Below, piece after piece: positions 14,255 to 28,500 of a stretch of 64,000 nucleotides of DNA. The notes below the pieces were generated by a model. It was not told the DNA's origin. It ran no database searches and saw only the letters and a list, made by a program, of their open reading frames with translations. The stretch spans positions 23,038,070-23,102,069 of the forward strand of contig NC_069006.1 in assembly GCF_001194135.2 (NCBI RefSeq), read 5' to 3'. This DNA comes from Octopus bimaculoides. Its lineage: Eukaryota. The translations under genes were made by a program, and so were the position numbers. How positions within the stretch are numbered: position 1 is the stretch's first letter; every line of letters begins with the position of its first letter.

Positions 14255-17200
14255 TATTCATTCTGACAAATTTTTCAATTATTATTCTGTCTTCAGAAAT
14301 CGTTCCATATGTTCGATGGTTCCATTCCATCCCGAGAAGTCTTCTTGTCTGCTCTTGCCAACGTTGATGCCATCTTGATCAGAGCAACCTACCACACTAA
14401 AATGAATGTTATCAGCTTACGTGATTTGACCATGGAAACTGCTGTACCAGAAGCTACTGGACTTGGCCGTGCTCCTATGGTAGAGTTATGTGAATGTCCT
14501 CAAGGTTACACAGGCGTTTCCTGCCAAGTGAGTATTAAGTTTTATTTATTTATTTTTCACAACATCAATTTCCTTTGCTCTTATTTCCTCCCAAATTATC
14601 TGAAGCCAAGGAAAAGTTTTCCAGTCACAATTTCTTCCTTCTTCATGATCTTTCCTTTTTGGTTACCTAACTTTACAATCATAAATTTTTGTTTTGATTT
14701 TTTTTCTTTTTTTTTTTCTCTAGGAATGTTCTCCTGGTTATTCTAGAGTTCAAAAAGAAGGCACTGCATTGGGCCGTTGTGTCATGTGCAACTGCAATAA
14801 GCATTCCTCAACATGTGATCCACAGACAGGAAAATGTGTAGTGAGTACTATTGATTTAATACTGTGAATTATTTTTTTGACGCCTTTAGTGGTCCCTAAG
14901 GTCTTCATACATTGAGCTTAACACTGATATCAAAAGTTAATTCTTTTATTTCATAATAAGGATATTAATTTATTTTATCACATTTGCTTTATACTTTTTA
15001 TATTTACAATCGTAATCTCCATATAAATAGATTCAATAAACCTTTTGAATTCAAAGAATCTACGATTTTTTTTCCTTTCAAAACAAGGGGTAACGTTGGT
15101 GTCAGTAAATATGTTTTGGGGGGTAACTGGTTAAAAAAGTTCCCCAATTAGAGATACTCACATACATAGAAAGATGTATATATTATATAAACCATGTATG
15201 TATCTGATCTCTCTCTCTTTTTCCTTCTCCTCGTTTATATTTATTTCACTCCAGCCTAGAAATTTCCACAATGATTTTATTTACATACTAGAACCTTCTC
15301 CTCTATTCCCCCATTGCCTGCTTACCTCAATATTTCTTCTCCACAGAACTGTCAACACAATACATTAGGTGATAGATGTGAAACCTGTAAACCTGGCTTT
15401 TATGGTGATGCTACATTTGGCACCTCCAGTGACTGTCGACCATGTGCTTGCCCTCTGACCCTACCATCAAACAAGTAAGTTTGTTCACAGATAAATTCTT
15501 TCTCTTTTTTTTAAATCTTTTTTTTTTAACATTTGTTTGTGTTCTGTTTTACTGTTTTTAGTGTTGATAACACTGTAACATGATTTTTGTCTTTGGGTAG
15601 CAACAGTTATTTACTATTTTCTTATAAAAAATGGCTAATATTTTCTTCAAACATTGCTTTTGTTACATTTATTCAAATCCTGAAGATTCTTTCTCAACAC
15701 ATGGCTATGATGCTCCCCCCACTACTCCTGCTCATGATCAGAGATGCACATATTGTCAGCCACTAAGGGACATGCTCTCATGGTTAAGGTCAAGCAAGTG
15801 ACAAGCAGATCCGTGGTATGGAGCAGATTATTTGCTATAATAATATTTTTGCTTTGCATTAGTAACTCAGTGCTAACTCTGTTTGAAATTCAATGCAAAA
15901 TAGATAAGTTTCAAAATATTAATGTCCAGGTCACAAAAGCAAAATTTGAAGGGAATAGCAGTCACTTCCTTTGATTTCTATGTAGAAGCAAATAGGAAAT
16001 AACACTTTACTGACTAAAGATGAAAAAGTAAAGATTTTTGTACAGTGTAATGCACAACTGATTTATTACCTCTGCCTTAGCAAAGGTGGGGGTATTGTTT
16101 TCAGTTGTGTTTGTTTGTTTGTCTGTGATACCTCAAGAATCGTTGGATGGATTCAGATGAAACTTTCAGGGATGTTTGGCCTCATGACTGGCACAAACTG
16201 GTTAGATTTTTGGGATCGATCAAGGATTTCAGATTATTTTTCCTGTTTTTTTACTTAATTTTTGAGAGCAGTTGGGTTCATTTTTAGTATTCTCATTTGT
16301 GAGAGCAGTCAAGTTTATTTCAGATATTCTCATTTTAAAAATCATTTCTAGCTAGTCGTTAAGAGGACGTTGGTGTTACCTTGGCGGAGGTTTGCGCTCT
16401 CTGAGTGCTCTTGTTTATATATTATATTTTATATCACAATTTGTGAACAATAGTGTCATTGGTAACTGGTTTCTAATGGGCTAAGTACTGATTCAAATTT
16501 CTAACAGTTGTGATAGTGACAAGGGAGTGTCTGTAAATCAAGCAGAACAAATATGTCAAGAGATTTTGTTTATATTTTTTGCTGATATACTTTGTCAAAA
16601 GATATACATACACATGCATACATTCATACCTATTTGTGTGTGTGAATGGCTAAATAGACAAATGTTACTTTTGTTCATGAATAGCTCTGTGATCAGGTGA
16701 GAACATGCCTGACTACCACTGTAGTGTGAATAATTTCACAAGGAAAGTATTCAATATATATGAATATTAATATTTCATTTAGGCATAACGATACAAATAA
16801 CTGGGTGTTAGAATTCAATATACATGTGTTTAAGAGAAAAGGCATTAGTTGAGTACAAATCATAAGAGATTACATAAAGGACAAGTAGACAAGAAATTAT
16901 GTAATGAACTTCATTAGCTTATAGCTGTTTCTGCTGTAAGATACCACTATGTAGAAAACTGAGGTTATGATAGAAGACATATTTCTCCAAGACTGTGCAA
17001 AGTTGTGGTGTGAACTTCTTAACCACTCAGTCATGCCTACAGCTATTTTACCTGAATTATTAGCATGCTCGTCTATTAGCCAAAAGTTCAGGGATATGAA
17101 TTCTATCATTGGTACTGTACTGTGATTATATCTGTAATACTTAGCTACCTAATGGTGGATTAGTTCTAAATTAGATCACCTTGTTTTAAATACTTAGGCG

Positions 17201-18125
17201 ATGTGACACAACAAGGGAATCTTTACATAGCTGCTCAATCTACATGAAATAGCAGCCAAGTCTCCCATAAATTACACCTAGTCATCTTTAGAAAAATACG
17301 AGTACGCTGGATAATATTGTCCAAGGTACGCCAGGCTTAGAAACATATTGATAGGCCATGAATGAAACATCTTTGATCAAAGCTCTGTTCAAGTAAGGCT
17401 GAATTTAACCAAATAAGGTCCCTAGGTGACACAAGTTGGTGTCACTCACTTTTGTAAGCAGCAGGAGTACAGTAAAAGTGATGTGTGTGCTTGCAATGCT
17501 GTGCTGTACATTTTACAGGTATATCCATTAAAACCCACTAGTTTCTACTAGTTTGATGCACACTAACTACACATATACACTACATGATGATAATTTTTGG
17601 AGGAGCTTAACCAGCAAAAGGAGGCTGGCACCCAAGCCATTTTGTCTTCTCAATTTAAAATTCTATTTCTCCATTCTTTTAAATGTCATTTCTTTATCTT
17701 TCAGCTTCTCTCCAACATGCTACTTGGCTCCAGATAGTCAGATAACCTGTGAAAACTGTCGTCGTGGCTATACAGGACGTGACTGTGGTGTGTAAGTATC
17801 AAGTTTGGGTTTGCTGACATGACTTTTAAAAAATTCTTCCCCACTTAATTATTATATTGATAGCAATAATAATATGCAAAGACAGAAGAATCTGAAGAAA
17901 CTAGTGATACTCCTAATTTTATGATTATGCAATTATATATATATATGGAGTCAAAAAATACTTCACCCTCTATTGCCATCCCTAACAAAGTAGGTCAACA
18001 GTCACTCTGTCTTTAATGGCAACCTTTTTGCTGAAGTAATGAAGACTAGCCTGTTATTCAACCACCTCCTATGAACATATCAAATAGAAAATATAAGATG
18101 AAAGGCAGAAGAAGAAAAGAAAGGT

Positions 18126-18161
<36 letters not shown>

Positions 18162-21100
18162 TGTCCATTTACTGGCAATTTTGACAGGCAGAGCTGACAC
18201 ATGGCCATCAACCAGCTGATAATAGCAGACAAATCTCAGTCTTAAATAAAGAAAATATTGAGCAGTATGGTTCCTGATGTATGACTGATGGGGTTGTCAC
18301 AATTGGAACACCTTCCATCATAGTTTTGCTCAACTATAACTGATATGGGATCAATGGAATAAGTCCCTGTCAAGTACTGGTGTCATTCTTCAATGTTATA
18401 TTTGAAGCCTTACTCCAAAATTGGAACCATTATTATTAGTATTATTATTGAAGGTTGTGATGTCCAGATAGGTTGAGGATGGATAAAATGCCTTAACATT
18501 TTAAGCTCAAATCCTGCCAAAGTCATCTTCATTTTTTTGTCCTTTCAGGAATAAAAATAGGTACTGCTTAAGGACAGTTTAAACAATTGTACCCTTCATG
18601 TAAAATACGTGGCTTTGTGTCTGTATTAGAAATGTACAAACCAATGAGAAACTCTGTATTTGGTTATAATACCTGCTAGAAATAGCTACCATAAGTCACT
18701 CAAATTGTAGCATACTGTCTAAAAACAAATAAATGGACACACTGGAATGTCTAACCCCTGGTATGCAAAACAAATTGGATGGTCATTACTGCAATGCCAT
18801 TGATAATAATGGTTAGATAACCAGAACAATATTGCAAATCAATATGGAAGAGTCAACTAAGTCGTATAATGTGCCAGAAATAGTAACTATTGTTTCTTGT
18901 CTGTTTGCAAGGTGTGCTCCTGGATTCACAGGCAACCCGAGAGAACCCAGAGGATACTGTAGAGAACGAGATGGTAACTATAACACTGTATTATATTTTT
19001 ATCCCTCTGCATACACTCTTGCTCTCTTCTGCAACATCTGCATATGCATTCTATTTTTACACACACATACACACATACTTACTCTTTTACATATATGCTT
19101 TCATATGCACATATACACTCTTTTACACACACACTCTCTTATGCACACATGCATATATGCATTCTCTTATCTCACATGGACAAACACTCTCTTATACATG
19201 CACACACATACACTCCTTCTTACACACTCCCATTTTGGCAATTTTCTCTTCACCTTCCATCCCCTCTCACCTATATCTCATTTTCTTTATTCCTACCCTT
19301 TTCTCTTTACAGATAGCTTGAGTCCTCAAGTAACCGTAAGTCCTCTCCGTAGCAGTGAAGTGATAGGACAAGTTGCAGTCTTCCACTGTCGAGTCACAGG
19401 CCAAAGACCTATCTCTGTTGTGTGGCGAAAGGTTGATGGCACACCACTGCCCAACAGAGCAGAGCAGAATGATGAGCATGACTTGATCATCAATAACATT
19501 GCACCTTCAGACAGTGGACGCTATGTTTGTACAGCCAACAGTATTTATGGAACTTCCCAACAATATGTCGAGCTTGTGGTCATCAGTAAGTTCTATTTGT
19601 CTCCTTTTCTTCTTTGCTGCTCATTTCCTTATTTCCAATTCCTCTTCTCCATTGCAAGTTTTACATTGTAGGTTGTGTTCTAGCTTGTATAATCTCGTTT
19701 CTGTGCATAACTGGGACTAAAGTATTTATTATGTACTAGAACCACATTATACAATCTTTAGTATCAATTTAATCGACTGATGCTGGTGTCTGTCATCTCC
19801 TTTATGAGGTTCAGTCTCCTAAGAGCATCTTTCATTACCACTTTTTCCTGTCTTCTTTGGTCTTCCTCTTTTATACATTCCTTCCCCCTGAATCACATGT
19901 CACTTCTTCACTCTACTATTCTATTATGACCATCTGTTTACCCTTTTTATAAGTGATGAGTATGCAATGTGTGTGTGTGTGTGTGTGTGTGGCATAAAAA
20001 TCCCAGCATTTTCAGTTGGTTTATTTGATTTTACTCATTCTGATCTTCAAACAATTCTCTGGACATCAATATAAAACATGTTCTTCCTTGACAGGGACTG
20101 GGTCTTTCCAGGTGCAAATCACAGAACCAAAAGACATAAATGTTCGTCCAGGTAGCACTGTCCAGATGGAATGTACTGTGGTAGGATCACACTCACCAGT
20201 AAGTCAATAAAGCATTTGTTTCTGTCTGTTACTTTTCCATATTTATTCATTCTTTCTTCCGTTGGAAGATTTGACCTTTCCACCCAGAAAATCGCCAAAT
20301 CATAAAGACCTGAGGAAACTAGTGATGGACTGCATCAGCAATTAGCATGTATAAACTGTCCAAAAATGCGATAAATAATTTTACTGTGAGAGAAAGGAAA
20401 ACGTTTTAACAATTAGAGGAGTATTCTTTTCTTATCACTTTCCAATAATGGATATTACTTAAGATGATGAACCGGCAGAACCTTTACTGCACTGAGAAAA
20501 ATGCTTTGCAACATTTATTCAACACCACAGAAATGTGATCCTTTGAGAATGTCTATACACGGTTACTAAGCCTGCTAGAAAGAGCAACCAAACCTCCTTC
20601 AAGCCACAACCCTGCCTACTTGAAAAGGGATATATTATACAATGCTGTTCAAGATAAATACTATAGCTGCACAGAATGTGGAATGGTAATAATTAGAATA
20701 TCTTTGATCATAAGTCTAATTGATCAGAACTGACCTAAAGTTAAAAACTCTTAAACTATACACCATTGTTGTTGTAGCCTCAGGTAAATGTAATATAATT
20801 AAAGTTTTTTGGGGTTATTATTTTTAGCACAACAGCATGTCTCCTGAGGGGGTATGATGTTGTCTCCCACGCTTCCTAAAAGGATTAAAACAATATTACA
20901 CATTGAGCTAATGTTATTTTTTCCTCACCACATAATTATTCTTAATCAGATATTTAATGCTCACTGTATTAAATATGTTAGCACTAACTTAATGTTGGTC
21001 TTTTTCTAATTCAGGTTCTTGTGTTGTCATGGAGTAAAGTTGACGGTATCTTACCCACTTCAGCATATGAGAGTGATGGAACTCTGACAATCCGAAACAT

Positions 21101-22150
21101 CCGACCTGAAGATGCAGGCGAATATACGTGCACTGGGTCTGATCCTGGTGGCATTGTAACAGATACTGCTTTTATCACTGTCACATGTGAGTATTATGCC
21201 CTATGAATCAGGATGATTTTTTTTTTTGTTGTTTTATATTGATCCTTCCTACTTAATGTATGTATAAATCAATATATACTGTCCATATTTTGTATGAAAC
21301 ATATCTCCTGATAACCTTACAAAAATTCTGCTAGACCAACTAAGATATACAAATTTAAATAGAAATCAGAAAAAAATTAATTTTCCTGCATCTTCTATCC
21401 TACATTAAATTGAATGCTAACCTTTTGATGGTAAGATTTTTAATGTGGAATTTTTGAAACAACTTATTCCAGCACAACCTTTAAAGTTCTTGGCTGAAAC
21501 ATTGTCACTGTGAATGTTTGTATTTTTTTTTATAGTCAGGAGGAAAGGCGGTGCCTAATACCCTTTACAGAGCATCTAAGACTTTCTTGCATACTGAAAT
21601 TATTACTACATGAAGAGGTTGTGAAATGGCCATAATTCTATGCAAATTATGTGGTTAAATATACCTCCTGATTTTATGTTTATATATATACCTCCTGATT
21701 TTATGTTTATATATATATATCATCATCATCGTTTAACGTCCTCTTTCCATGCTAGCATGGGTTGGACGATTTGACTGAGGACTGGTGCAACCGGATGGCT
21801 ACACCAGGCTCCAATCTAATTTGGCAGAGTTTCTACAGCTGGATGCCCTTCCTAATGCCAACCACTCAGAGAGTGTAGTGGGTGTTTTTACGTGTCACCC
21901 GCACGAAAACGGCCACGCTCGAAATGGTGTCTTTTATGTGCCACCCGCACAAGAGCCAGTCCAGGGGCACTGGCAACGATCTCGCTTGAAAACCCTACAA
22001 GGCCAGTCAGGCGGTACTGGCAACGGTCACGCTCAGGATGGTACATCTTATGTGCCACCCGCACAAGAGCCAGTCCAGGGGCACTGGCAACGATCTCACT
22101 TGGCTTGCCGGGTCTTCTCACGCACAGCACATTTCCAAAGGTCTCGGTCA

Positions 22151-22181
<31 letters not shown>

Positions 22182-22976
22182 AACTTTCAGTTTTGCATTC
22201 ATATTTATGTTAAATTTAAAAAAATTATTTACCCATTACTGTTTGATTCTGTTTTCCTTCAGCAAATACTTACCCTCCAACTGCCCAAGTTGAACCAAGG
22301 GAACAGACTGTTGTAGTTGGCCAAACTGTTGAATTTTTATGCACAGCAACAGGCTTTCCACAGCCAGAATTTCAATGGTATAAAAATGGTCAGCTTATTT
22401 CCCGAGGACCAGTTCTAACTCTCACATCAGTTTCCAAAGATGATGAAGCACAGTATGTTTGCGAGGCCACCAACAAATTTGGCGCAAGCCGAGTAAATGG
22501 AATACTACATGTCACATCAAGTGAGTATTTCTGCACTAAATGATAGTGATTGATATAACAAACTGAAAAATATCTTACACCTTGAAACATGAGGTCAATA
22601 ATAAAGATATATTAATCTTATGAACGTCTATTTTATATTTTTATTTCTTTCAAGACTAAAATTAAGCTTATTTTTAAATTGCAGGTCGTCCAACATTACA
22701 AATTATTATCCGACAAGAATCTGTGGTCAAAACTGTCGGAGAAAGTATTCAGTTGGTCTGTTATGTTGAGCAACGTGGTAATCTGATCAATTTAGTATGG
22801 AGCAAGCAAAATGGACAACTACCAGCAAGTAAGAACACTGTCAACCAGTGTGTGTTTGTGTGTGTGCATGTAAGACGTAGTTTGTTACATGTTCATTTTA
22901 TACAAGTATGTATGGTATATAGATTATATACATATATATACACACATACATATAAATGCATGCATATATATCTATA

Positions 22977-23018
<42 letters not shown>

Positions 23019-23572
23019 CACATGCATACATACAGGCATTTTATATATACATATACACACACATGTATGTACGTATGTATATGTGTGTGTGTGTATGCAC
23101 TTTATTTTGTGGACTAAGACTACCATTGGTTTCATGTTAACAGAAGTCCTTAGCAATTATCAAACCTATAACATGGAATATCGGTGTTCGTCTCCATTTT
23201 GGATTAAAATAATTTAAAACAATTTCAATCCAAAATGGAGATGAACACTGATGTTCCACGTGATAATCTTGATAATTGTTAAGGGCTTCCGTAACATGAA
23301 ACCAATGGTAGCCTTAATCCACAAATAAAGAATCTTAATCTACCAATATAGTGTTGATCACTCATTCTCACTGTTTAATATTTATATATATATGATACAT
23401 ATATNNNNNNNNNNNNNNNNNNNNNNNNNNNNNNNNNNNNNNNNNNNNNNNNNNNNNNNNNNNNNNNNNNNNNNNNNNNNNNNNNNNNNNNNNNNNNNNN
23501 NNNNNNNNNNNNNNNNNNNNNNNNNNNNNNNNNNNNNNNNNNNNNNNNNNNNNNNNNNNNNNNNNNNNNNNN

Positions 23573-23603
<31 letters not shown>

Positions 23604-24299
23604 TACATATATACATTTTGCTCAGAGCTTCCACATAAATAGACGTAAATACATAATTTTTTTTTTGTATGTAGAGTCTTCCATAAACCTGGAAATACAA
23701 AATTAAAATAATTTTTGTGTTCAATTTTATAGAATCTTCTCAGAGGAATGGTGTCCTTACAATTCCTTTTGCGAAGTCATCAGACTCTGGCGTGTACGTC
23801 TGTACTGGTACCAGTGATATTGGCAGATCAGGATCAAGTACTGTTGTGGTGACCATAACTACAGATTCAAGTATGTAAAGTATATTTTGTTTTTATGTCA
23901 AATCGTCCAACCCATGCTAGCATGGAAAGCGGACGTTAAACGATGATGATGATGTTGTTATTATTATTATTATATATATTGAGACTTATCACATGTGTTA
24001 GAAATCAATAATTGCATGGATTGTCCCGAGATAGTTGAAACTAATTCACTTGTTACCATCATCTTTTCCTTTTCTAGATGTCCGTCCAACTGCACGCATT
24101 GAGCCAGACAGAATGGTTACAATCCCTCAAGGTACTACCGGCACCCTACGGTGTATTGTGACTGGAAGCCCATTACCAACAGTCATATGGACCAAATCAA
24201 GAGGACAGTTGTCAGACCACCACCAGGTTAATATTTTTCTAAAAAAAAAAAAAAAAATTTTCTTTTGAAACAAATCCCGGAGTCAATGTAATCGAGTGA

Positions 24300-24331
<32 letters not shown>

Positions 24332-25503
24332 GTATGGCAGGCTTCTTTCAGTTTCCATCTACCAAATCCACTCTCAAGGCTTTAGTTGGCCCAAGGCTCA
24401 CACACTGGGGCCTAATCCAGATTCTTGTGGTTGGAAGCAAGTTTCTTACCATACAGCCATACCATATAACTGCAAAAGACAAGGATGGCAAAACGGGGTT
24501 ACGCAAAGCCAGTAGCTCAAACTGGATTAATATATAAAAATCTACAAAGGTTATTGTGGCAAAGATACCAGATTAGAATTTTACTAAAACTTTCAAGACA
24601 CATTAGCAATGTTCCTCCACTTCTTTGATAACTACTTTGCCTCTCTATAATTCTATACTTCTTTCTTTTTTTACAAGGTTTCGGGCAATGTTCTGAGAAT
24701 CACAGAAACAATGGTTGAAGACCGTGGAATCTATGTTTGTGAGGCCAGAAATGTTGCTGGTTCTGTTCAGGCATCAGTGATTGTTGAAGTTGAAAGTAAG
24801 AGCCTTTAATTTGTTTTCTGCTTGATCTTCTAGCATTTTTGCTTAAGTGGTGGTATACATCATTGCTTAGATTTCACTTTATGGATAAACCTTAATCAGC
24901 TGTTCTTTTTTTTTTTTTTTCTATTATTATTTTGCTTTGTTAATCTTAACTGAAACCTTGTACTTTTATCTCTGTAGGGAGAGAATTGCCTGCGATAGAC
25001 CTTTATCCAAAAGGAACCCAGAGTATTCAGAGTGGTGGTAGTGCACTGTTCCAATGTAGAGCAACAGCTGGAATTCCATCACCAACAATCACCTGGAAAC
25101 GGTAAGACCTTAGAGATANNNNNNNNNNNNNNNNNNNNNNNNNNNNNNNNNNNNNNNNNNNNNNNNNNNNNNNNNNNNNNNNNNNNNNNNNNNNNNNNNN
25201 NNNNNNNNNNNNNNNNNNNNNNNNNNNNNNNNNNNNNNNNNNNNNNNNNNNNNNNNNNNNNNNNNNNNNNNNNNNNNNNNNNNNNNNNNNNNNNNNNNNN
25301 NNNNNNNNNNNNNNNNNNNNNNNNNNNNNNNNNNNNNNNNNNNNNNNNNNNNNNNNNNNNNNNNNNNNNNNNNNNNNNNNNNNNNNNNNNNNNNNNNNNN
25401 NNNNNNNNNNNNNNNNNNNNNNNNNNNNNNNNNNNNNNNNNNNNNNNNNNNNNNNNNNNNNNNNNNNNNNNNNNNNNNNNNNNNNNNNNNNNNNNNNNNN
25501 NNN

Positions 25504-25546
<43 letters not shown>

Positions 25547-28500
25547 GAGTAAGTAAGTGAAATTATGCTAAATACAACTAAATTGAAAAATGTTTTCCCT
25601 GCTGGCCATATCAGCAATTCTGAAAACTTTTGCGTGCAAATTTTACATGAGTGGAAACTTTTTTTAACAGTTTTTACCCTGAGGATCAGCTGTGCAAATT
25701 ACATGGGTTTTTATGGTATATATATATGTGCGTATGTTTATATATATATGTATATAACTATGTGTATTTTTATTCTAGTTTTGTGCTTATATTATTGTAA
25801 TTATCAAAGGTCTATGTTATCTAATTCAATTTGAATTTGTTGCTTATTTTCTATCTATATTTTCTTTTACTTTGAAGGGTTGGTGATGAGCCTATGCCCA
25901 GAAATGCCCAAATTGCTGAAAATGGTGTCATCCGCTTTACCCAAGTATCCACGCTTGATCAAGGAGGATATATATGTACGGCCACCAATGCTGTTGGCAC
26001 TGTCACCGCTACTGCTACACTTTTGATTAGCGGTCAGTAAAAGCTTTCACTACTTAATGCAATATTGTTGTTGTTATCTGTATCCTAATGTTGATGGAAA
26101 ACACTCTGTCAAGACGGAACAAGTAAATTTGGAGTTTGTTCTCCTGTTCCTATATTTTATTACAATAATGAAGCAATACCTGCTAAACTTCTACCTACAT
26201 ATTTCTTGAGAAAGAAATATGGAATAGGACGTATGAAAGGAAAGGCCTAAAATATGAAATATTTAAGGAATCTTATGAAGTATGAGAACAACCGTACACA
26301 ATGTTTCAAATTGAGGTGGGATGTTGTGGATTTGCAGCTAAATCCACTTGAACAGTGATTTATGAACTTGACAGAAAAGCATTAAATGAGTTGTTATGGA
26401 TATGACAGAGGCATGCATGAAAAAGAAAAATGCTGAGAGAAAAAAAGGGAAATCTTCAGTAATTCCTCATAATCACTATTATCGCCTTATCCTCTTTTTC
26501 TTTCTCCTCTCTTTCCCTTCAACAAATCACGGGAAAGCGTTACAATTACATTCCCTCTACCTCACATCATGAACATTTCTTTCTTCCTCTTTTTCTCTAA
26601 TCACATGAAAGCACTACCGATGGACTAAGTAATGCAATGACAAGCAGAATTATTATAAGATATCTATCTTAGGCTGAAAGGAGTTCCATGCTGTATAACC
26701 ATACCATCAGATTACTCTGGATGATGGAATTAACAGGTGGTAGCTGACAAAAAGGAGCATAAGAGCTTTTAAGAGTGCATTCTGAGGTTTTTGCCCTAAC
26801 AAGATTAAATGTATATATCTGTATGTATATTTGTATAGGTATTATGTTAGCATATTCTTGCGTGCAATGCATACTGTATGTATTTATACATACATGTGTA
26901 TATTTCATGTATATTCCAGGCCCACCAAAGATTACAGTCACTCCAAGGGGTCCAATACGTGTCAGGGAAGGAGAACGTGTCACTATTGAATGCGCAGCTG
27001 AAGGAGATCCAAAACCAAATGTCTACTGGACTGAACAAAGGGGATATGATATCAACAGAAGCCCAGGAGTAGTCCAACATGTCGCTGTATTGGAGATCAA
27101 CCAAGCTAAACTTTCTGATTCTAGGCATTATGTGTGTATGGCTGAGAACAGTGGAGGAAGAGCTGAAGAAAGGATTCAAGTTATAGGTGAGTTACAGGGC
27201 ACAATTTTTATTTCAAGACGGATAATTAAATGTGCTCAAGATCAGAAATATTTTGTGCATGCACACACACATTTGTGTGTGTATGTGTGTGAGAAAGAGA
27301 GAGAGAGAGAGACTTTTCTTAATATAACTTGTTTAGTTTTGCCTCCTTTCTTTCTACAAGCTCCGAAATCTTTATTATATCTCATCTCCAAACCCTGTTC
27401 TAAGCATTTAGCGAAATCCTTTTTCTCTATATATTGACTTGCCTTCTGTTCCTTCTTGGAAGACATCTTTATCGCTTTGTTCCTTTGAGTTAGAGACCTT
27501 CAAGCTTTAAAACTCAAAAGAATGTTCCTGCAACACCTATAGATTTCAGTTTTGCTTTTGTGTAGATGATAGTTGCTTCTGTTGACAACATTATTCAGCC
27601 AAAGTCTGTGGCTGTGTGTCTGTATTTGTAATGATTATTATCATTATTATTATAGTTGAAAGAAATGATGTCATCACACCACCAGAGGATAACATTCTCA
27701 GAGTAACTGAAGGTAAAAACGTCATTGTGAAATGTGAATCTCAAAGTAAGTTATTTACCCTGACTCTTTTTATTCTTTTGACAAGAATTTTACTGTCTTA
27801 TTCTTTTTCTGTTAATCTTTCCAAAATTAATGAGGATCTATTTATTTGCCATATTTGTGATAGGAGCATCATTATGTTTATCTATGATAATTTATTAGAG
27901 AAGAAATCAAGCATTATCATAATGATTGTGGGAAATTATTTACGGATGCCATCCACACACAAAAATAACAGTCAATTTTAGGCAACCATATTCAATGTAG
28001 TGAGGTAAAAAAAATCCTCATTAATTAATAATGTTCATCAGATGAAAAGAAGGAAACTTAGCTTAAGGATTAGTATTATTTTAATCTACTCTTGAAAGAT
28101 AGTCAGTTTCATTGTTTAAACTGATTAATTATAAAAGTTGTGAAAGGCTTGCATATTAAGACAGTTTTTTTTAAATTAGTAATCATGCTTTTTGTACCTT
28201 TGTATTCAAAACTACAGTTTAACAAATGTAAACTTTAACCAAAACTACAGTTTAACAAATGTAAACTTTAACCAAAACATAACTAATATTTGGAAAAGAT
28301 TTTAAATTTTCTTTTAAAGCTGCTTGTGAAAATGAAATTGATGAAAGGGTTACCTTCTTTAGAGACAACAATAATGTCATACACTTCTTGTAAAAATAAC
28401 AAACAAAACATATGCTTTGGAATTATCTACAAACATATAAATTGACAAACCTACTGTTTTATATGTACTGATTGTCAAAACACTAATGAGCTTTTGATCT

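Noticed and set aside
21785-22213. 142-aa ORF, with a similar ORF at 6673-6921 (-)
   Set aside because: Antisense reading of retroposon family A; no recognisable domain.
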